Assembly (NCBI GenBank): GCA_030586555.1
Contig: JAURAC010000024.1
Coordinates: 1 to 53,920, forward strand
DNA from: Candidatus Subterrananammoxibius californiae
GTDB taxonomy: Bacteria > Planctomycetota > Brocadiia > Brocadiales > Subterrananammoxibiaceae
Direction: 5' to 3'
DNA length: 53,920 nt
Part shown: positions 35,447-45,685 of the stretch, piece after piece
How the letters are laid out: each line of letters opens with the position of its first letter
How positions within the stretch are numbered: the first letter of the stretch is position 1
The notes under the pieces: generated by a model
Seen by the model: the letters and a program-made list of their open reading frames with translations, nothing else
Told to the model about the DNA's origin: nothing
The model's database searches: none
Program-made: the position numbers and the translations under genes

Positions 35447-36118
35447 TTAAAGAAGTAACCCTGCTTTCATCTTATAAACAACGTCAGCCTTCTTCGCCAG
35501 GTCTTCATAGTGGGTAGAAACAATTATCGTTCTGCCGTTATTTTGTAACTCCTTCAGTATAGATGCTAATGTTTCTACAGATTCTGCGTCAATGTTTGAA
35601 GTTGGTTCATCGGCAATGATTATCTCCGGGTTGTTAATAAGCGCCCTGGCAATAGAGACCTTTTGTTGCTGTCCACCGCTTAATTCCTCAGGGGTGTGGT
35701 AAAGCCTCTCGCCAAGACCAAATTTTTCTAAAAGCGATTTTGCTTTGCCAAAGCGCTCTTTTAGCCCATATCCTAAAGGAATTAATGGATAAGCTACGTT
35801 TTCCCAACTTGTCAGCCTCGGAAGGAGGTTAAAGTTCTGGAAGACAAAACCAATCTTTTCCCTCCGTAACCTTGAAAGCGCTGTGTCAGAATAGGCTGTT
35901 ATGTCTTCTCCGTATAGAGATACAGTGCCCATTGTAGGTCTATCTAATGTGCCAATAAGACTTAGAAGTGTAGTCTTTCCTGAGCCTGACGGTCCACTAA
36001 AAACCACAAAGACATTCTTACGTATCTCCAGATTGATGTCTGCAATTGCTTTAACCTCATAAGGTTTATTCTCATAGTATACCTTACATAGGTTTTCTAC
36101 CTTAATGATTGTATCCAT
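35447..36118 (-). CDS. ABC transporter ATPase, LolD/MacB type
   Basis: GPSGSGKT, LSGGQQQ and ADEPT motifs. Confidence 0.92.
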   Translation of the reverse strand: MDTIIKVENLCKVYYENKPYEVKAIADINLEIRKNVFVVFSGPSGSGKTTLLSLIGTLDRPTMGTVSLYGEDITAYSDTALSRLRREKIGFVFQNFNLLPRLTSWENVAYPLIPLGYGLKERFGKAKSLLEKFGLGERLYHTPEELSGGQQQKVSIARALINNPEIIIADEPTSNIDAESVETLASILKELQNNGRTIIVSTHYEDLAKKADVVYKMKAGLLL

Positions 36119-36156
36119 TTTCGTGTTTCGTGTTTCAGATTTCGAGTTTAGAGTTA

Positions 36157-37308
36157 TTACCTCATTGAATCCACAGGCGGCACGGTAGCTGCCCTCCATG
36201 TTGTGTAAAAGCAACCTACCATTGTTATAATGAACGAGAGGAAAAAGGCTATGACTGTTGGCAATGGAAGGAATTTAGCAGGTACCGTGAATTTTGGCAG
36301 CATCCCAATCTCTGCGATAAAGAACTGGCTTATTATAGCGCCATTAAAAACCTTCATCCAGAGGAAGGATAATAGCAGCGCCAACACCGCCCCTATCAGG
36401 CTTATCAATAACTGTTCAAATGATATGAGTTCAAGTATTTCGGTTGTTTGCCATCCAGTGGCTTTTAATATACCAACCTCACGCCTTCTTTCTGTAAGCC
36501 CAAAACCAGACGCTACAAGCACAGCGGGTATTCCGAGGGCAAAGGCAAGTAAGTATAAGACGGTAAAAATACCCCCCTTTAGCGCAAAACCTCTATTAAA
36601 ATAATTCCTGACAATTTGTTTATCCTGAAGCCTGTAAGGTTTATCCTTCAGGATTTCGAGTATGTCCCTCGCAATCTCAGAGTTATGCCCCGGCAGGGTA
36701 AATAATTGAATATCGCTAAACATGCCCTTTGCATTAAACAATTCACCAGCAACCTCTAAGGACATAAGTATAAGATTAGAACTCCAGATACCAGATTTGG
36801 CGGAGAATATTCCAACCACAGTAAAGGTCTTACGTTTTTGTGTTTGCATGCTAAACTTATCACCAATATTTAATTTAAAGTAATCGGCAAGACCTTTACC
36901 AATGACAACCTCCTCTTTCCCTGCCGAGAAAAGCCTCCCGGTGATGCTATGAAAAAAATCAGGTGTATCTTCTTTGTTTATTCCAACGATAACTGCAAGT
37001 TTATTTTGAAGGAATCCCCTGCCTATAATTCTGGGGACTGCTCGTGTGACTCCGTAAATATTTTTTATTTTTTCGAAGTATTGTGCTGGTATGGGAGCAT
37101 TCTTGCCGAACTCGTCGAGGGTAAGGTATAAATCTCCTCCTTTTTCAACAGAGATAAGGGAATGTGACCATACCCCTTCTGAGATGGCAATTGCCGTAAT
37201 AAACGGGAAAAGTATAGCAACAAGACATAAGACAACGACTATCGTTTTTGTCCTGTTTCTTGCGAGGTTTTTATTTGCAAGGACAAGAAATTCTATATGC
37301 CGTTTCAA
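36157..37308 (-). CDS. ABC permease, FtsX/MacB-like
   Basis: ERRREVGILKATGW and WRAATVPP motifs; start codon uncertain. Confidence 0.88.
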   Translation of the reverse strand: MKRHIEFLVLANKNLARNRTKTIVVVLCLVAILFPFITAIAISEGVWSHSLISVEKGGDLYLTLDEFGKNAPIPAQYFEKIKNIYGVTRAVPRIIGRGFLQNKLAVIVGINKEDTPDFFHSITGRLFSAGKEEVVIGKGLADYFKLNIGDKFSMQTQKRKTFTVVGIFSAKSGIWSSNLILMSLEVAGELFNAKGMFSDIQLFTLPGHNSEIARDILEILKDKPYRLQDKQIVRNYFNRGFALKGGIFTVLYLLAFALGIPAVLVASGFGLTERRREVGILKATGWQTTEILELISFEQLLISLIGAVLALLLSFLWMKVFNGAIISQFFIAEIGMLPKFTVPAKFLPLPTVIAFFLSFIITMVGCFYTTWRAATVPPVDSMR

Positions 37309-37634
37309 TCTACTTTCTCAAATACAGGTATTTCTATTAATGCGCCATTCTTTGCATCTCCTTTGAAGAAGGAGACAGTTCCGCTGTGGTCGGGGCAGTA
37401 GCAATAGCCTCCCGGTATGGGCCATTCGATGCATGTGCAAACTGGTTCAATACGTTCATCGAAGTTGATGTAGCACCATGTCGGGGTCTTAGAAGCGCCC
37501 ATGCCAACCCCGCATACCAGTTGCTGGAAGTCTTCCACAATATCAAGATTTCTCTTGCTCCAGACAAAGAAATCGTAAGCGAAAAGGATGTTCACGAGGA
37601 TAAAAAATCCAATCAGTATAGCTAATAATCGCAT
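37305..37634 (-). CDS. Small Cys-rich membrane-anchored hypothetical protein
   Basis: N-terminal hydrophobic helix; CGVGMGA, CTC and CYCP; sits within the operon. Confidence 0.65.
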   Translation of the reverse strand: MRLLAILIGFFILVNILFAYDFFVWSKRNLDIVEDFQQLVCGVGMGASKTPTWCYINFDERIEPVCTCIEWPIPGGYCYCPDHSGTVSFFKGDAKNGALIEIPVFEKVD

Positions 37635-37666
37635 GCCCTCTCTGCCTTTTCCCCATCTTGGGAGAA

Positions 37667-38167
37667 CTATTTTTCTGCTATTAATTTCTTAACGCCTTCC
37701 AAACCTAAAATCCTTCCTTTGTGCGTCTTAACGAATTGTTCCGCATCTTGCCTTGACGAAAAAGCAAGAAGCGATGGGGGCATTGAGCCTCTCGGTATTA
37801 CATCGCTATGGGCAACAAAGGTCGCAGTATTTATATCAATAAAATTTGCATTGTTGTAATCAGTCGTTTCAATTGCGCTTACCTTATCCTTAAGATTTTC
37901 TTTAAGCATGTTTGCACATGAAAAACTACAAGCATATTTCTCGGGTTGCCCGTCTGTGGCTGGCACGCTCAGTTTTACCTTGTATTTAGTTTCTGACTTG
38001 CTAACGTCCATCCCACACATATCACATATAAATGCGGGTAATTCCCTTTTGGCACACCCTGTAATGCCAAACACAACGGTAAGACAGATATATAGACAAC
38101 AGATTACAGACACCAGACATCTGTTATCTATGTTCTGTGTTCTTTGTTCTGTGTTCTGTTCGCCCAT
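37667..38167 (-). CDS. NosL-family lipoprotein
   Basis: Lipobox ITGC; CDMCGM, CSFSCA, GSM and AF..A..F...G; N-terminal extension is repeat-derived, so the start is uncertain. Confidence 0.75.
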   Translation of the reverse strand: MGEQNTEQRTQNIDNRCLVSVICCLYICLTVVFGITGCAKRELPAFICDMCGMDVSKSETKYKVKLSVPATDGQPEKYACSFSCANMLKENLKDKVSAIETTDYNNANFIDINTATFVAHSDVIPRGSMPPSLLAFSSRQDAEQFVKTHKGRILGLEGVKKLIAEK

Positions 38168-38241
38168 GACCCATTACCTATTACCTATCGTCTTAAGTAT
38201 TTTATGCAAAAAATCTTTTATTTCAATATAAATTCAGCGGC

Positions 38242-39372
38242 TCAAATTATTAACATGGCGTCTCCGTAACTATAAAACCTGTACCTTTCTTTTTTTGCTA
38301 TTTCATAAGCAGTAAGAATTTCTTTCCTTCCAGCAAATGCGGAGACCAGAAGTAGTAAGGTTGTTTTGGGCAGATGAAAGTTTGTTATTAATACATCAAC
38401 AACTTTAAATCTGTACGGAGGGTAGATAAACAAGTTCGTCCAGCCAGATGATACCTCTGTCGTGCCACTCCTTGCTGTAGCTTCAAGGACACGGCAGGAT
38501 GTTGAACCAACCGCAATTATTCGTCTTCCTTCCTTCTTAGCCTGTGATATAACGGATGCAGACTTCTCAGGAAATTCATAGTATTCCCTTTGCATAACGT
38601 GTTTCTCGATGTCCTCAAACTCGATTGGTAAAAAGGTGCCTGGTCCGACATGGAGCGTAACAAAGACTATTTCTATGCCCCTGCATTTTATCTTGTCTAA
38701 AAGAGTATCGGTGAAATGCAAGCCTGCAGTTGGAGCAGCAATAGCCCCTTCCTTTTGCGCAAAAACGGTTTGATAGCGTTCCCTGTCCTCATTACTCATT
38801 GCTCGTTGCTCATCGCTCACTACTCGCTTAATATATGGGGGAAGTGGTATTCTTCCTACACGGCTTAAAACATCAAGGGTGCAAGGCTGAGGGCTGAGGG
38901 CTGAGGGCTGAAGGCTTTCAAGATGAATAATCCATCCTTTGGGCTGTGGTCTATCTGCCAGTGTGCCTCTTATCGCACCATCTTCAAATATTATTTCCTC
39001 CCCTATCCGTAGTTTTGCATTTGTATTTAGCATTGCGTGCCAGTTACCATTATTATCCTGTTTGATTAGCAACGCCTCAACCTTTGCGCCAGTTTGTCTT
39101 TTGCCAATGAGTTTTGCGGGGATTACCTTTGTGTCATTTAAGACAAGCACATCGCCCGTATTCAAATATTCAACTATATTAAAGAATTTTCTGTGCTCAA
39201 TGTTTCCTGTTTTTCTGTTTAGCACGAGTAAACGAGATTCGTCCCGCACTGGTAATGGATGCTGGGCAATAAGTTCATGGGGCAATTCGTAGTCAAAATC
39301 AGAAAGTCTCAGTTGTGGACTTGTGCTACCTTTTAATTGCTGTATCGCCGAAGCGCAAAGTGTTTTATCCAT
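38242..39372 (-). CDS. queA: SAM:tRNA ribosyltransferase-isomerase
   Basis: FDYELP, PLPPYI, YQTVFA, AAPTAGLHF, TNFHLP and RFYSYGDAM motifs. Confidence 0.97.
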   Translation of the reverse strand: MDKTLCASAIQQLKGSTSPQLRLSDFDYELPHELIAQHPLPVRDESRLLVLNRKTGNIEHRKFFNIVEYLNTGDVLVLNDTKVIPAKLIGKRQTGAKVEALLIKQDNNGNWHAMLNTNAKLRIGEEIIFEDGAIRGTLADRPQPKGWIIHLESLQPSALSPQPCTLDVLSRVGRIPLPPYIKRVVSDEQRAMSNEDRERYQTVFAQKEGAIAAPTAGLHFTDTLLDKIKCRGIEIVFVTLHVGPGTFLPIEFEDIEKHVMQREYYEFPEKSASVISQAKKEGRRIIAVGSTSCRVLEATARSGTTEVSSGWTNLFIYPPYRFKVVDVLITNFHLPKTTLLLLVSAFAGRKEILTAYEIAKKERYRFYSYGDAMLII

Positions 39373-39476
39373 ATTCGTTATTTTACGAAAGATTGTTTGT
39401 TATGAAAAGTAAAAAAGATTTGAAACGATTAGCATAATTTCGCATAATAAAGTAATTCATGAAAGGAAGGGAAAAT

Positions 39477-39896
39477 ATGCCAATCATTTCAGTTGCGAAG
39501 ACTATACATACAAAGGGTAACAACGATTGCCATAATATAACAAAGGACGTGCAGAATGCCGTAGCAAAATCTGGAATCTCCCGCGGGATAGCAACCGTGT
39601 TTATCCCTGGGGCGACTGCGGGGGTAACTACCATAGAGTTTGAGGATGGCGTGGTAAGCGACCTTTCGAGCGCAATGAACAGGCTGATACCAGAAGACAT
39701 TGAATATCAGCACAATAAATGCTCAAACGACGGTAATGGACACTCTCATATAAGGGCATCGCTCATAGGTCCCTCACTCACTGTTCCATTTGTTAACAAA
39801 CAATTACAGCTCGGCACGTGGCAGCAGATAGTCCTCATTGACTTTGATAACCGTGCACGCAGCAGGGAATATTTGATAAACATTATGGGGGAGTGA
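39477..39896 (+). CDS. YjbQ/UPF0047 family protein
   Basis: NGHSHIRASLIG and LGTWQQI..DFD motifs. Confidence 0.92.
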   Translation: MPIISVAKTIHTKGNNDCHNITKDVQNAVAKSGISRGIATVFIPGATAGVTTIEFEDGVVSDLSSAMNRLIPEDIEYQHNKCSNDGNGHSHIRASLIGPSLTVPFVNKQLQLGTWQQIVLIDFDNRARSREYLINIMGE

Positions 39897-39956
39897 TGTC
39901 TAAGATGTTAGGTGATAGAAGTTGGGAAGTTAGGAAGTTAGGAAGATGGTAACTTC

Positions 39957-40889
39957 TTAGCTTCTTAACCTCTTAACTTCCGCTTTCCCTGCGTGGTAGG
40001 AACTGCGGACTAAGGGACCAGATTCTACATGCTTAAAGCCCATCCTTTCGCCCTCAATTTTTAGCTGGTTAAACTCTTCGGGATGATAGTACCGGTTAAT
40101 AGGTAAGCTCTCTGACTTAGGCCGTAGATATTGCCCTAATGTAAGTATATCGCAATCTACACATCTTAAGTCTAACATAGTTTCTAAGACCTCGTCCCAT
40201 TCCTCACCCAATCCTAACATTAAACCAGATTTTGTAATAATAGGATAATTGGATTTTACCTCCCCTTTATCCCCTCCTTCACAAGGAGGGGATTGAGGGG
40301 TGGTGAAAAATTCTTTTGCCCATTTTAAAATCTCAAGGGAGCGTTTATAGATGGCATTGGGCCTTACTAAGGGATATAAACGTGGAACGGTTTCGAGGTT
40401 GTGGTTAAGTGTGTTGGGTCTTTCAGCAATAACAATCTTCAGGGATTGGGTAGAACCGCCAAAATCTGGTATAAGTACTTCCACAAGGCATTCAGGGTTG
40501 TACTCTCTAATGAGTCTTATGGTTTTTGCATAGATTCCCGCGCCACCATCTGGAAGGTCGTCCCTTGTAACGGAGGTAACTACCGTATATTTAAGCCCCA
40601 ACTGCTTTACCGCCATAGCAACCCTATGCGGCTCATCCATGTCTAATTGAGCAGGCGTTCCTTTTATTACAGCGCAAAACTTACACGCCCTTGTACAAAT
40701 ATTACCCAGGAGGAGGAACGTTGCAGTACGCTGGCTGAAGCATTCCCACAAGTTGGGGCATTTAGCCTCCTCACAGACGGTGTGCAAGGATGTTTGCCGC
40801 AGTATGTTTTTTACTGCGAGGTAATCATTTCCAACGGGTAGTTTAGTTCTAATCCAGTAAGGTCGTTTTCGTTCAGTACAGGTTTCCAT
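39957..40889 (-). CDS. lipA: Lipoyl synthase
   Basis: CEEAKCPNLWEC, CTRACKFC and VRSSYHA motifs. Confidence 0.97.
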   Translation of the reverse strand: METCTERKRPYWIRTKLPVGNDYLAVKNILRQTSLHTVCEEAKCPNLWECFSQRTATFLLLGNICTRACKFCAVIKGTPAQLDMDEPHRVAMAVKQLGLKYTVVTSVTRDDLPDGGAGIYAKTIRLIREYNPECLVEVLIPDFGGSTQSLKIVIAERPNTLNHNLETVPRLYPLVRPNAIYKRSLEILKWAKEFFTTPQSPPCEGGDKGEVKSNYPIITKSGLMLGLGEEWDEVLETMLDLRCVDCDILTLGQYLRPKSESLPINRYYHPEEFNQLKIEGERMGFKHVESGPLVRSSYHAGKAEVKRLRS

Positions 40890-41611
40890 TCGTGAATTTC
40901 CACGCCAAATACACTGGCAAATTGCTTTACAATGATATCTTCAACTTCTTTGCAAGTTAAAAAACCCGCACGGACAAACGAGTTTGTCCATGCCACCCCT
41001 TCAGCCTTCAGCCTTAAGCCTTTAGTCTCACAAATAGAGGTCATCTTAACATCTTGAATGTTACAGGGAATAATCATACTAAAAGGGGAGAGGTCATTGT
41101 TAACGTTAAGCGAGAAGCCGTGCATGGTATATCCCATAACTATCCTCACCCCGATAGAGCCTATTTTTTCGCCCCGCCCAACAGATGGCGGATTTTCAAC
41201 ATTCACCCATACCCCGGTAAACCCTGCTCTCCGTCCAGCATGAATCCCAAGCTCGTTTAATGTCCTTATCATGACCTCTTCTAACATTCGAAGATACTCA
41301 TAATAATCATCTGTATAAGATTTCATGCCGAGGATTGGATAGCCCACTATCTGTCCCGGACCGTGGTAGGTGATGGCGCCGCCTCTATCTACCTCATAGA
41401 TGGAGTAACCCCGCCGTGTTAATTCTTCTTTGGAAATTAAGAGTTGGCTTGTGTCACCCCTGCGGCCAATGGTATAAGTGGGGGGATGCTGGGTAAGAAC
41501 AAGGACATCATCTATCTTACCAGAAGACCTGGCAGAAAAAAGATTCCTTTGTAACTGCCATGCCTTACCATACTCCACCGTATCCAGATTCAGTACCCGG
41601 CACCTTTTCAT
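40811..41611 (-). CDS. lipB: Octanoyltransferase
   Basis: QHPPTYTIGR, DRGGAITYHGPGQ, HGFSLN and IIPC motifs. Confidence 0.95.
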   Translation of the reverse strand: MKRCRVLNLDTVEYGKAWQLQRNLFSARSSGKIDDVLVLTQHPPTYTIGRRGDTSQLLISKEELTRRGYSIYEVDRGGAITYHGPGQIVGYPILGMKSYTDDYYEYLRMLEEVMIRTLNELGIHAGRRAGFTGVWVNVENPPSVGRGEKIGSIGVRIVMGYTMHGFSLNVNNDLSPFSMIIPCNIQDVKMTSICETKGLRLKAEGVAWTNSFVRAGFLTCKEVEDIIVKQFASVFGVEIHEWKPVLNENDLTGLELNYPLEMITSQ

Positions 41612-42947
41612 ATTTTTCTCGTTCTTGAGCGGGGCGGGGGGCTGAAGGTTGCCCGCTCCAGCCCTCTAAATTGTCCTTTATCTTACGGAGGAATTGGTCT
41701 GCCTGTGCCCCGTCCAGTACACGATGGTCGAATGAGAGGCTCAAATACATCATTGACCTGATAGCAATAGCATCGTCTATCACAATAGGTTTCTTAGCGA
41801 TGGTGCCCATTCCGAGAATAGCCACTTGCGGCGGCATAATAATGGGGTTACCGAAGAGACTTCCATTCGCACCATAATTTGTAATGGTAAACGTGCCCCC
41901 CTGAACCTCATCAGGTTTTAGCTTCTTAGTCCTTGCCCTCTGGCTTAAATCCTGACTGAGTTTAGCAAGTTCTATTAAATCTTTTTTGTCGGCGTCTTTG
42001 ATTACGGGTACTATTAGCCCATCCTCTAAAGAAGTGGCAATTCCTATGTTAATGTATTTTTTAATAACAATTCCTTTGTCAGTCCACATAGAATTAAGGA
42101 TTGTAAATTCCTTAAGGGCAGAAGCGGTTGAAAGAATTACGAAGGGAAGATATGTGAGGTTAACGCCATCTTTTTTTAAGATAGCCTCCTTATTAGCCTC
42201 ACGGAATTTGGCTATCTTTGTCATATCCACTTCAAATGTGGTGGTAACATGAGCTGCTTCCCGTTTGCTTTGAACCATGCGCTCGGCGATAATCTTGCGT
42301 TTAGGAGTGAGCGGTGCAAGCGTCTCTTTTTCGACCTCCCCCAAACCCACCTCTCCCCTTGGGGGAGAGGGTTGGGGTGAGGGGGGCGCAGGGGCAGGCG
42401 CTTCAGGGGGTTTTGCACCTGCAAAGTCAAGAACATCCTGTTTTGTAACCCTTCCGCCTATACCGGTTCCCGCTACCTTTTCTAAATCTACCCCATATTC
42501 CTTTGCCAGCCTTTTTACCAAGGGGGAATATCTTTTTTCAGATACCACCTCGGCTTCTTCTTTCACTACCCTAACCCTCTCCCTCGATGGGGGAGGAGAA
42601 GGAGGGGGTGAGGGCATTTCTTCTTTTATAACTTCGGCTGGCTTGGGGGCAGGCGCTTCTTCTTTTACAACTTCGGTTGGCGGTGGGGAGGGAGCTACCT
42701 CCTTAGCTGCAACCTCTTCAATCACCGCAATAGGCGTACCTACAGGAATGGTCTCCTGTTCTTTACGAAGTATCTGTTTTATAATTCCTGAAGCAGGGGA
42801 TGGCACTTCAGTATCAACCTTATCGGTGCTTATTTCCACGATAGACTGGTCTTTTTCAACCCTATCGCCCTCTTTAACCATCCATCTCAGTATTGTGCCC
42901 TGGGCAACACTCTCGCCCATCTGTGGCATGATTACTTCTACTGGCAT
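41565..42947 (-). CDS. 2-oxoacid dehydrogenase E2 (dihydrolipoamide acyltransferase)
   Basis: Lipoyl STDKV, E3-binding SPLVKRLA..GTGIGGRVTKQD and catalytic DHRVLDG. Confidence 0.95.
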   Translation of the reverse strand: MPVEVIMPQMGESVAQGTILRWMVKEGDRVEKDQSIVEISTDKVDTEVPSPASGIIKQILRKEQETIPVGTPIAVIEEVAAKEVAPSPPPTEVVKEEAPAPKPAEVIKEEMPSPPPSPPPSRERVRVVKEEAEVVSEKRYSPLVKRLAKEYGVDLEKVAGTGIGGRVTKQDVLDFAGAKPPEAPAPAPPSPQPSPPRGEVGLGEVEKETLAPLTPKRKIIAERMVQSKREAAHVTTTFEVDMTKIAKFREANKEAILKKDGVNLTYLPFVILSTASALKEFTILNSMWTDKGIVIKKYINIGIATSLEDGLIVPVIKDADKKDLIELAKLSQDLSQRARTKKLKPDEVQGGTFTITNYGANGSLFGNPIIMPPQVAILGMGTIAKKPIVIDDAIAIRSMMYLSLSFDHRVLDGAQADQFLRKIKDNLEGWSGQPSAPRPAQEREKYEKVPGTESGYGGVW

Positions 42948-42996
42948 AAATCAGGTCTCCATACTCTTGTTTTACAGTTAAATTGGCGTGGTGGAT

Positions 42997-43362
42997 TTAA
43001 CTACGTCGAATCCGAATACCCGCATCGGTCAGGGTAATAATCATACCCTCTTGAAATTCCACACTTTCAGTCAATTTTTTTAGCAACTTAATGATATTGG
43101 TTGGTTTTAAATTTCTTGGTCTAATGAAAATAATCCCGTAATGTGGTTTCTTGCCAAATACAGCTAAAGTGCCGAAGTCCTTATCACAGGTTGAACATAC
43201 CCTTTTCTCTATTAATGCTTTTTCTAAGATTTCGCTATCGGTCTTTCCTTGCCAACCACATTCTTTCACATCCAGTACGTCTGCCCCATGTTCTCGAAGA
43301 TAAGCCACCACTTTGGGCGAAATATTCTCATCGGCAAAAAACCTCATCCGGCTTAGATTCAT
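42997..43362 (-). CDS. DUF5615 PIN-like protein (putative toxin)
   Basis: MRFFADENI, D.EIL and T.DKDFG motifs. Confidence 0.85.
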   Translation of the reverse strand: MNLSRMRFFADENISPKVVAYLREHGADVLDVKECGWQGKTDSEILEKALIEKRVCSTCDKDFGTLAVFGKKPHYGIIFIRPRNLKPTNIIKLLKKLTESVEFQEGMIITLTDAGIRIRRS

Positions 43363-43586
43363 GAAACTTTCTCAAAAGGGACATAAACCTCACCCTTAAG
43401 TGCATGGGCTGCGTATTCCAAAACTGCGTAGAGGTCTTCTTCAGTAATATGAGGGTAATCTGCCAGAATTTCTTCTTTAGTCATTCCAGAGGCTAACAAT
43501 TCCAAAATAAATTCCACACTAAGCCTCGTACCTCTAATAATTGGCTTACCCCCGAGTACCTCAGGATTTGTTACAATTCTCTCCAT
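43359..43586 (-). CDS. DUF433 protein (putative antitoxin)
   Basis: GGKPIIRGTRL and EEILADYP motifs. Confidence 0.9.
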   Translation of the reverse strand: MERIVTNPEVLGGKPIIRGTRLSVEFILELLASGMTKEEILADYPHITEEDLYAVLEYAAHALKGEVYVPFEKVS

Positions 43587-43610
43587 GATACATTCCTCTG
43601 AATTTTATGC

Positions 43611-44585
43611 TTAATACGCTGCAAGCCTTTCGGCTGCATCTATTACATCCTGTGCCTTGGGCAGAAAGAAATCCTCCAGGGGAGGACTATAAGGAACAGG
43701 GGTATCTGGCGCAGTGATACGAATAATGGGTCCGTCAAGATGCTCAAATACGTGTTCGGAAATCAATGCAGAAACCTCCGCTCCCACGCCCCCTGTTCGG
43801 GTTGCCTCATGGAGGACTATAACCTTATTGGTCTTTTTTACAGAATTAAAGATTGTTTTTTTATCCATGGGCTGTAACGTCCTTAAATCTACTATTTCTA
43901 TATTTATCCCCTTTTCTTCTAAAGCTGTTGCAGCTTCAAGGGCAACATGAACCATCCAGCCATAAGTTATCACTGAAATATCGCTTCCCTCACGAACAAC
44001 CTTAGCCTTGCCGAGCGGCACAATATAATCCTCATCTGGGATAGAATCTTTTATTCTTCTATATAGGAACTTATGCTCAAAATAGATTACAGGGTCATCA
44101 TCCCTGATAGAAGCCTTGAGTAAGCCTTTTGCATCGTAAGCTGTACTTGGAGCAACCAGTTTAAGTCCTGGTACGTTAAAGAACCAGCCTTCTGGACATG
44201 TGGAGTGAAAAGGTCCGCCATGAACATTGCCACCGTAAGGCGCCCTGATTACAATGGGAGTCTTTCCTCCCCAGCGGTAGAAATTCTTGGCGGCAACCAT
44301 TACAATCTGGTCAAAGGCGCAGGAGATAAAGTCTGCAAATTGCATTTCGACAACAGGTCTCATTCCTACAAGTGACGCTCCTATCGCTGCCCCTGTAAAA
44401 CCCGATTCAGAAAGTGGGGTATCAATAACACGCAACTCGCCAAACTTTTCATACAATCCTTCGGTAACACGAAATGCACCGCCGTAGACGCCTATGTCTT
44501 CGCCCAGGAGGAAGACACTTTTGTCCCTCTCCATTTCTTCTATTAACGCCTGCTGGATGGCTTCTAAATATGTGAGTTCTTTCAT
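43611..44585 (-). CDS. 2-oxoacid dehydrogenase E1 beta
   Basis: GEDIGVYGG, DTPLSE, EMQFADF and FEHK motifs. Confidence 0.95.
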   Translation of the reverse strand: MKELTYLEAIQQALIEEMERDKSVFLLGEDIGVYGGAFRVTEGLYEKFGELRVIDTPLSESGFTGAAIGASLVGMRPVVEMQFADFISCAFDQIVMVAAKNFYRWGGKTPIVIRAPYGGNVHGGPFHSTCPEGWFFNVPGLKLVAPSTAYDAKGLLKASIRDDDPVIYFEHKFLYRRIKDSIPDEDYIVPLGKAKVVREGSDISVITYGWMVHVALEAATALEEKGINIEIVDLRTLQPMDKKTIFNSVKKTNKVIVLHEATRTGGVGAEVSALISEHVFEHLDGPIIRITAPDTPVPYSPPLEDFFLPKAQDVIDAAERLAAY

Positions 44586-44716
44586 GGCATTTTCCCTACT
44601 GATGGATAAAATGTCCAATTACCAAATCCCAATTAATTAACAATTACCAATGAGCAATTAAAAAAAATTCCTTAATTGGGATTTTGATTTGGGATTTGGT
44701 CATTACCCATCACCTA

Positions 44717-45685
44717 TTACAATGGCGTAGCGTATAGTCCCTCTATAGCTTCTTTACCCTCGGGATAAGGACTCTTTTCAGCAAATTCTTCTGCATCAAC
44801 AAGCTCTTGTTTAACCCTTTTATCCACTTCGTCTAATCCCGGCTGGTTAGCAATCTTATTATTCAACAGGTATTTTTCCATGTTAATGATGGGGTCTTTT
44901 TTCTTCCATTCTTCAAGAAGTTCTTTTGGTACATACTTGGCGCTGTCATGCTCGGAATGGCCATGCATGCGCATGGTCTTGCATTCTATAAATGTAGGAC
45001 CGCCGCCTTCTCGCGCCCTGGCGTATGCCTTTTTTGCAGCAGTATAAACAGCGACGACGTCGTTGCCGTCCACTATTTCAGCCGGGATAGCGTAGGCAAG
45101 GGCTCGCTCTACAACGTTCTTAATAGCCATCTGGCGGGTTAGAGGGGTGGAATAAGCATACTTATTGTTGTTACAGAAAAATACTGCGGGAACCTTGAAT
45201 ACGGATGCCATGTTAAGGGCTTCGTGAAAATCGCCACGGCTTGTGCCTCCATCTCCAGTGGTGGCGGCTGCAACCCTTTTTTCACCCCTGATTTTAAATG
45301 CGAGGGCGGCTCCAACGGCAACAGGAAGATTATCAGCGAGATGACTTGGATAACCAAAGATGCCTAATTTTATATCCCCAACATGGACGTTGCCTTCTTT
45401 GCCACCCGTTACCCCCGTTTTTTTGCCGAGATAATGAGCCATTATGCGTTTCGGTGTTATTCCTCTTACAAGATAAGCGCCCATATCCCTGAAATACGGA
45501 GCAATGACATCATCTTTTTCTAAGGCGTAAGAATAACCTACAGATATTGCCTCGGTTCCGTAGCTCGTCCATGCGCCGCCAAGGATTTTCCCTTGACGGT
45601 ATAAAGTGGTGACGCGCCCCTCAAGATGACGGGTTAATTTCAGGTAATAGTACAACTGAAGCAAATCTTTTGACGCTATATCCAT
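44717..45685 (-). CDS. 2-oxoacid dehydrogenase E1 alpha
   Basis: GDGG..NN ThDP motif and RMHGHSEHD loop. Confidence 0.93.
   Translation of the reverse strand: MDIASKDLLQLYYYLKLTRHLEGRVTTLYRQGKILGGAWTSYGTEAISVGYSYALEKDDVIAPYFRDMGAYLVRGITPKRIMAHYLGKKTGVTGGKEGNVHVGDIKLGIFGYPSHLADNLPVAVGAALAFKIRGEKRVAAATTGDGGTSRGDFHEALNMASVFKVPAVFFCNNNKYAYSTPLTRQMAIKNVVERALAYAIPAEIVDGNDVVAVYTAAKKAYARAREGGGPTFIECKTMRMHGHSEHDSAKYVPKELLEEWKKKDPIINMEKYLLNNKIANQPGLDEVDKRVKQELVDAEEFAEKSPYPEGKEAIEGLYATPL

Noticed and set aside
42277..42981. 234-aa plus-strand ORF and other long antisense ORFs
   Set aside because: They are antisense shadows of well-supported genes and have no recognisable motifs.
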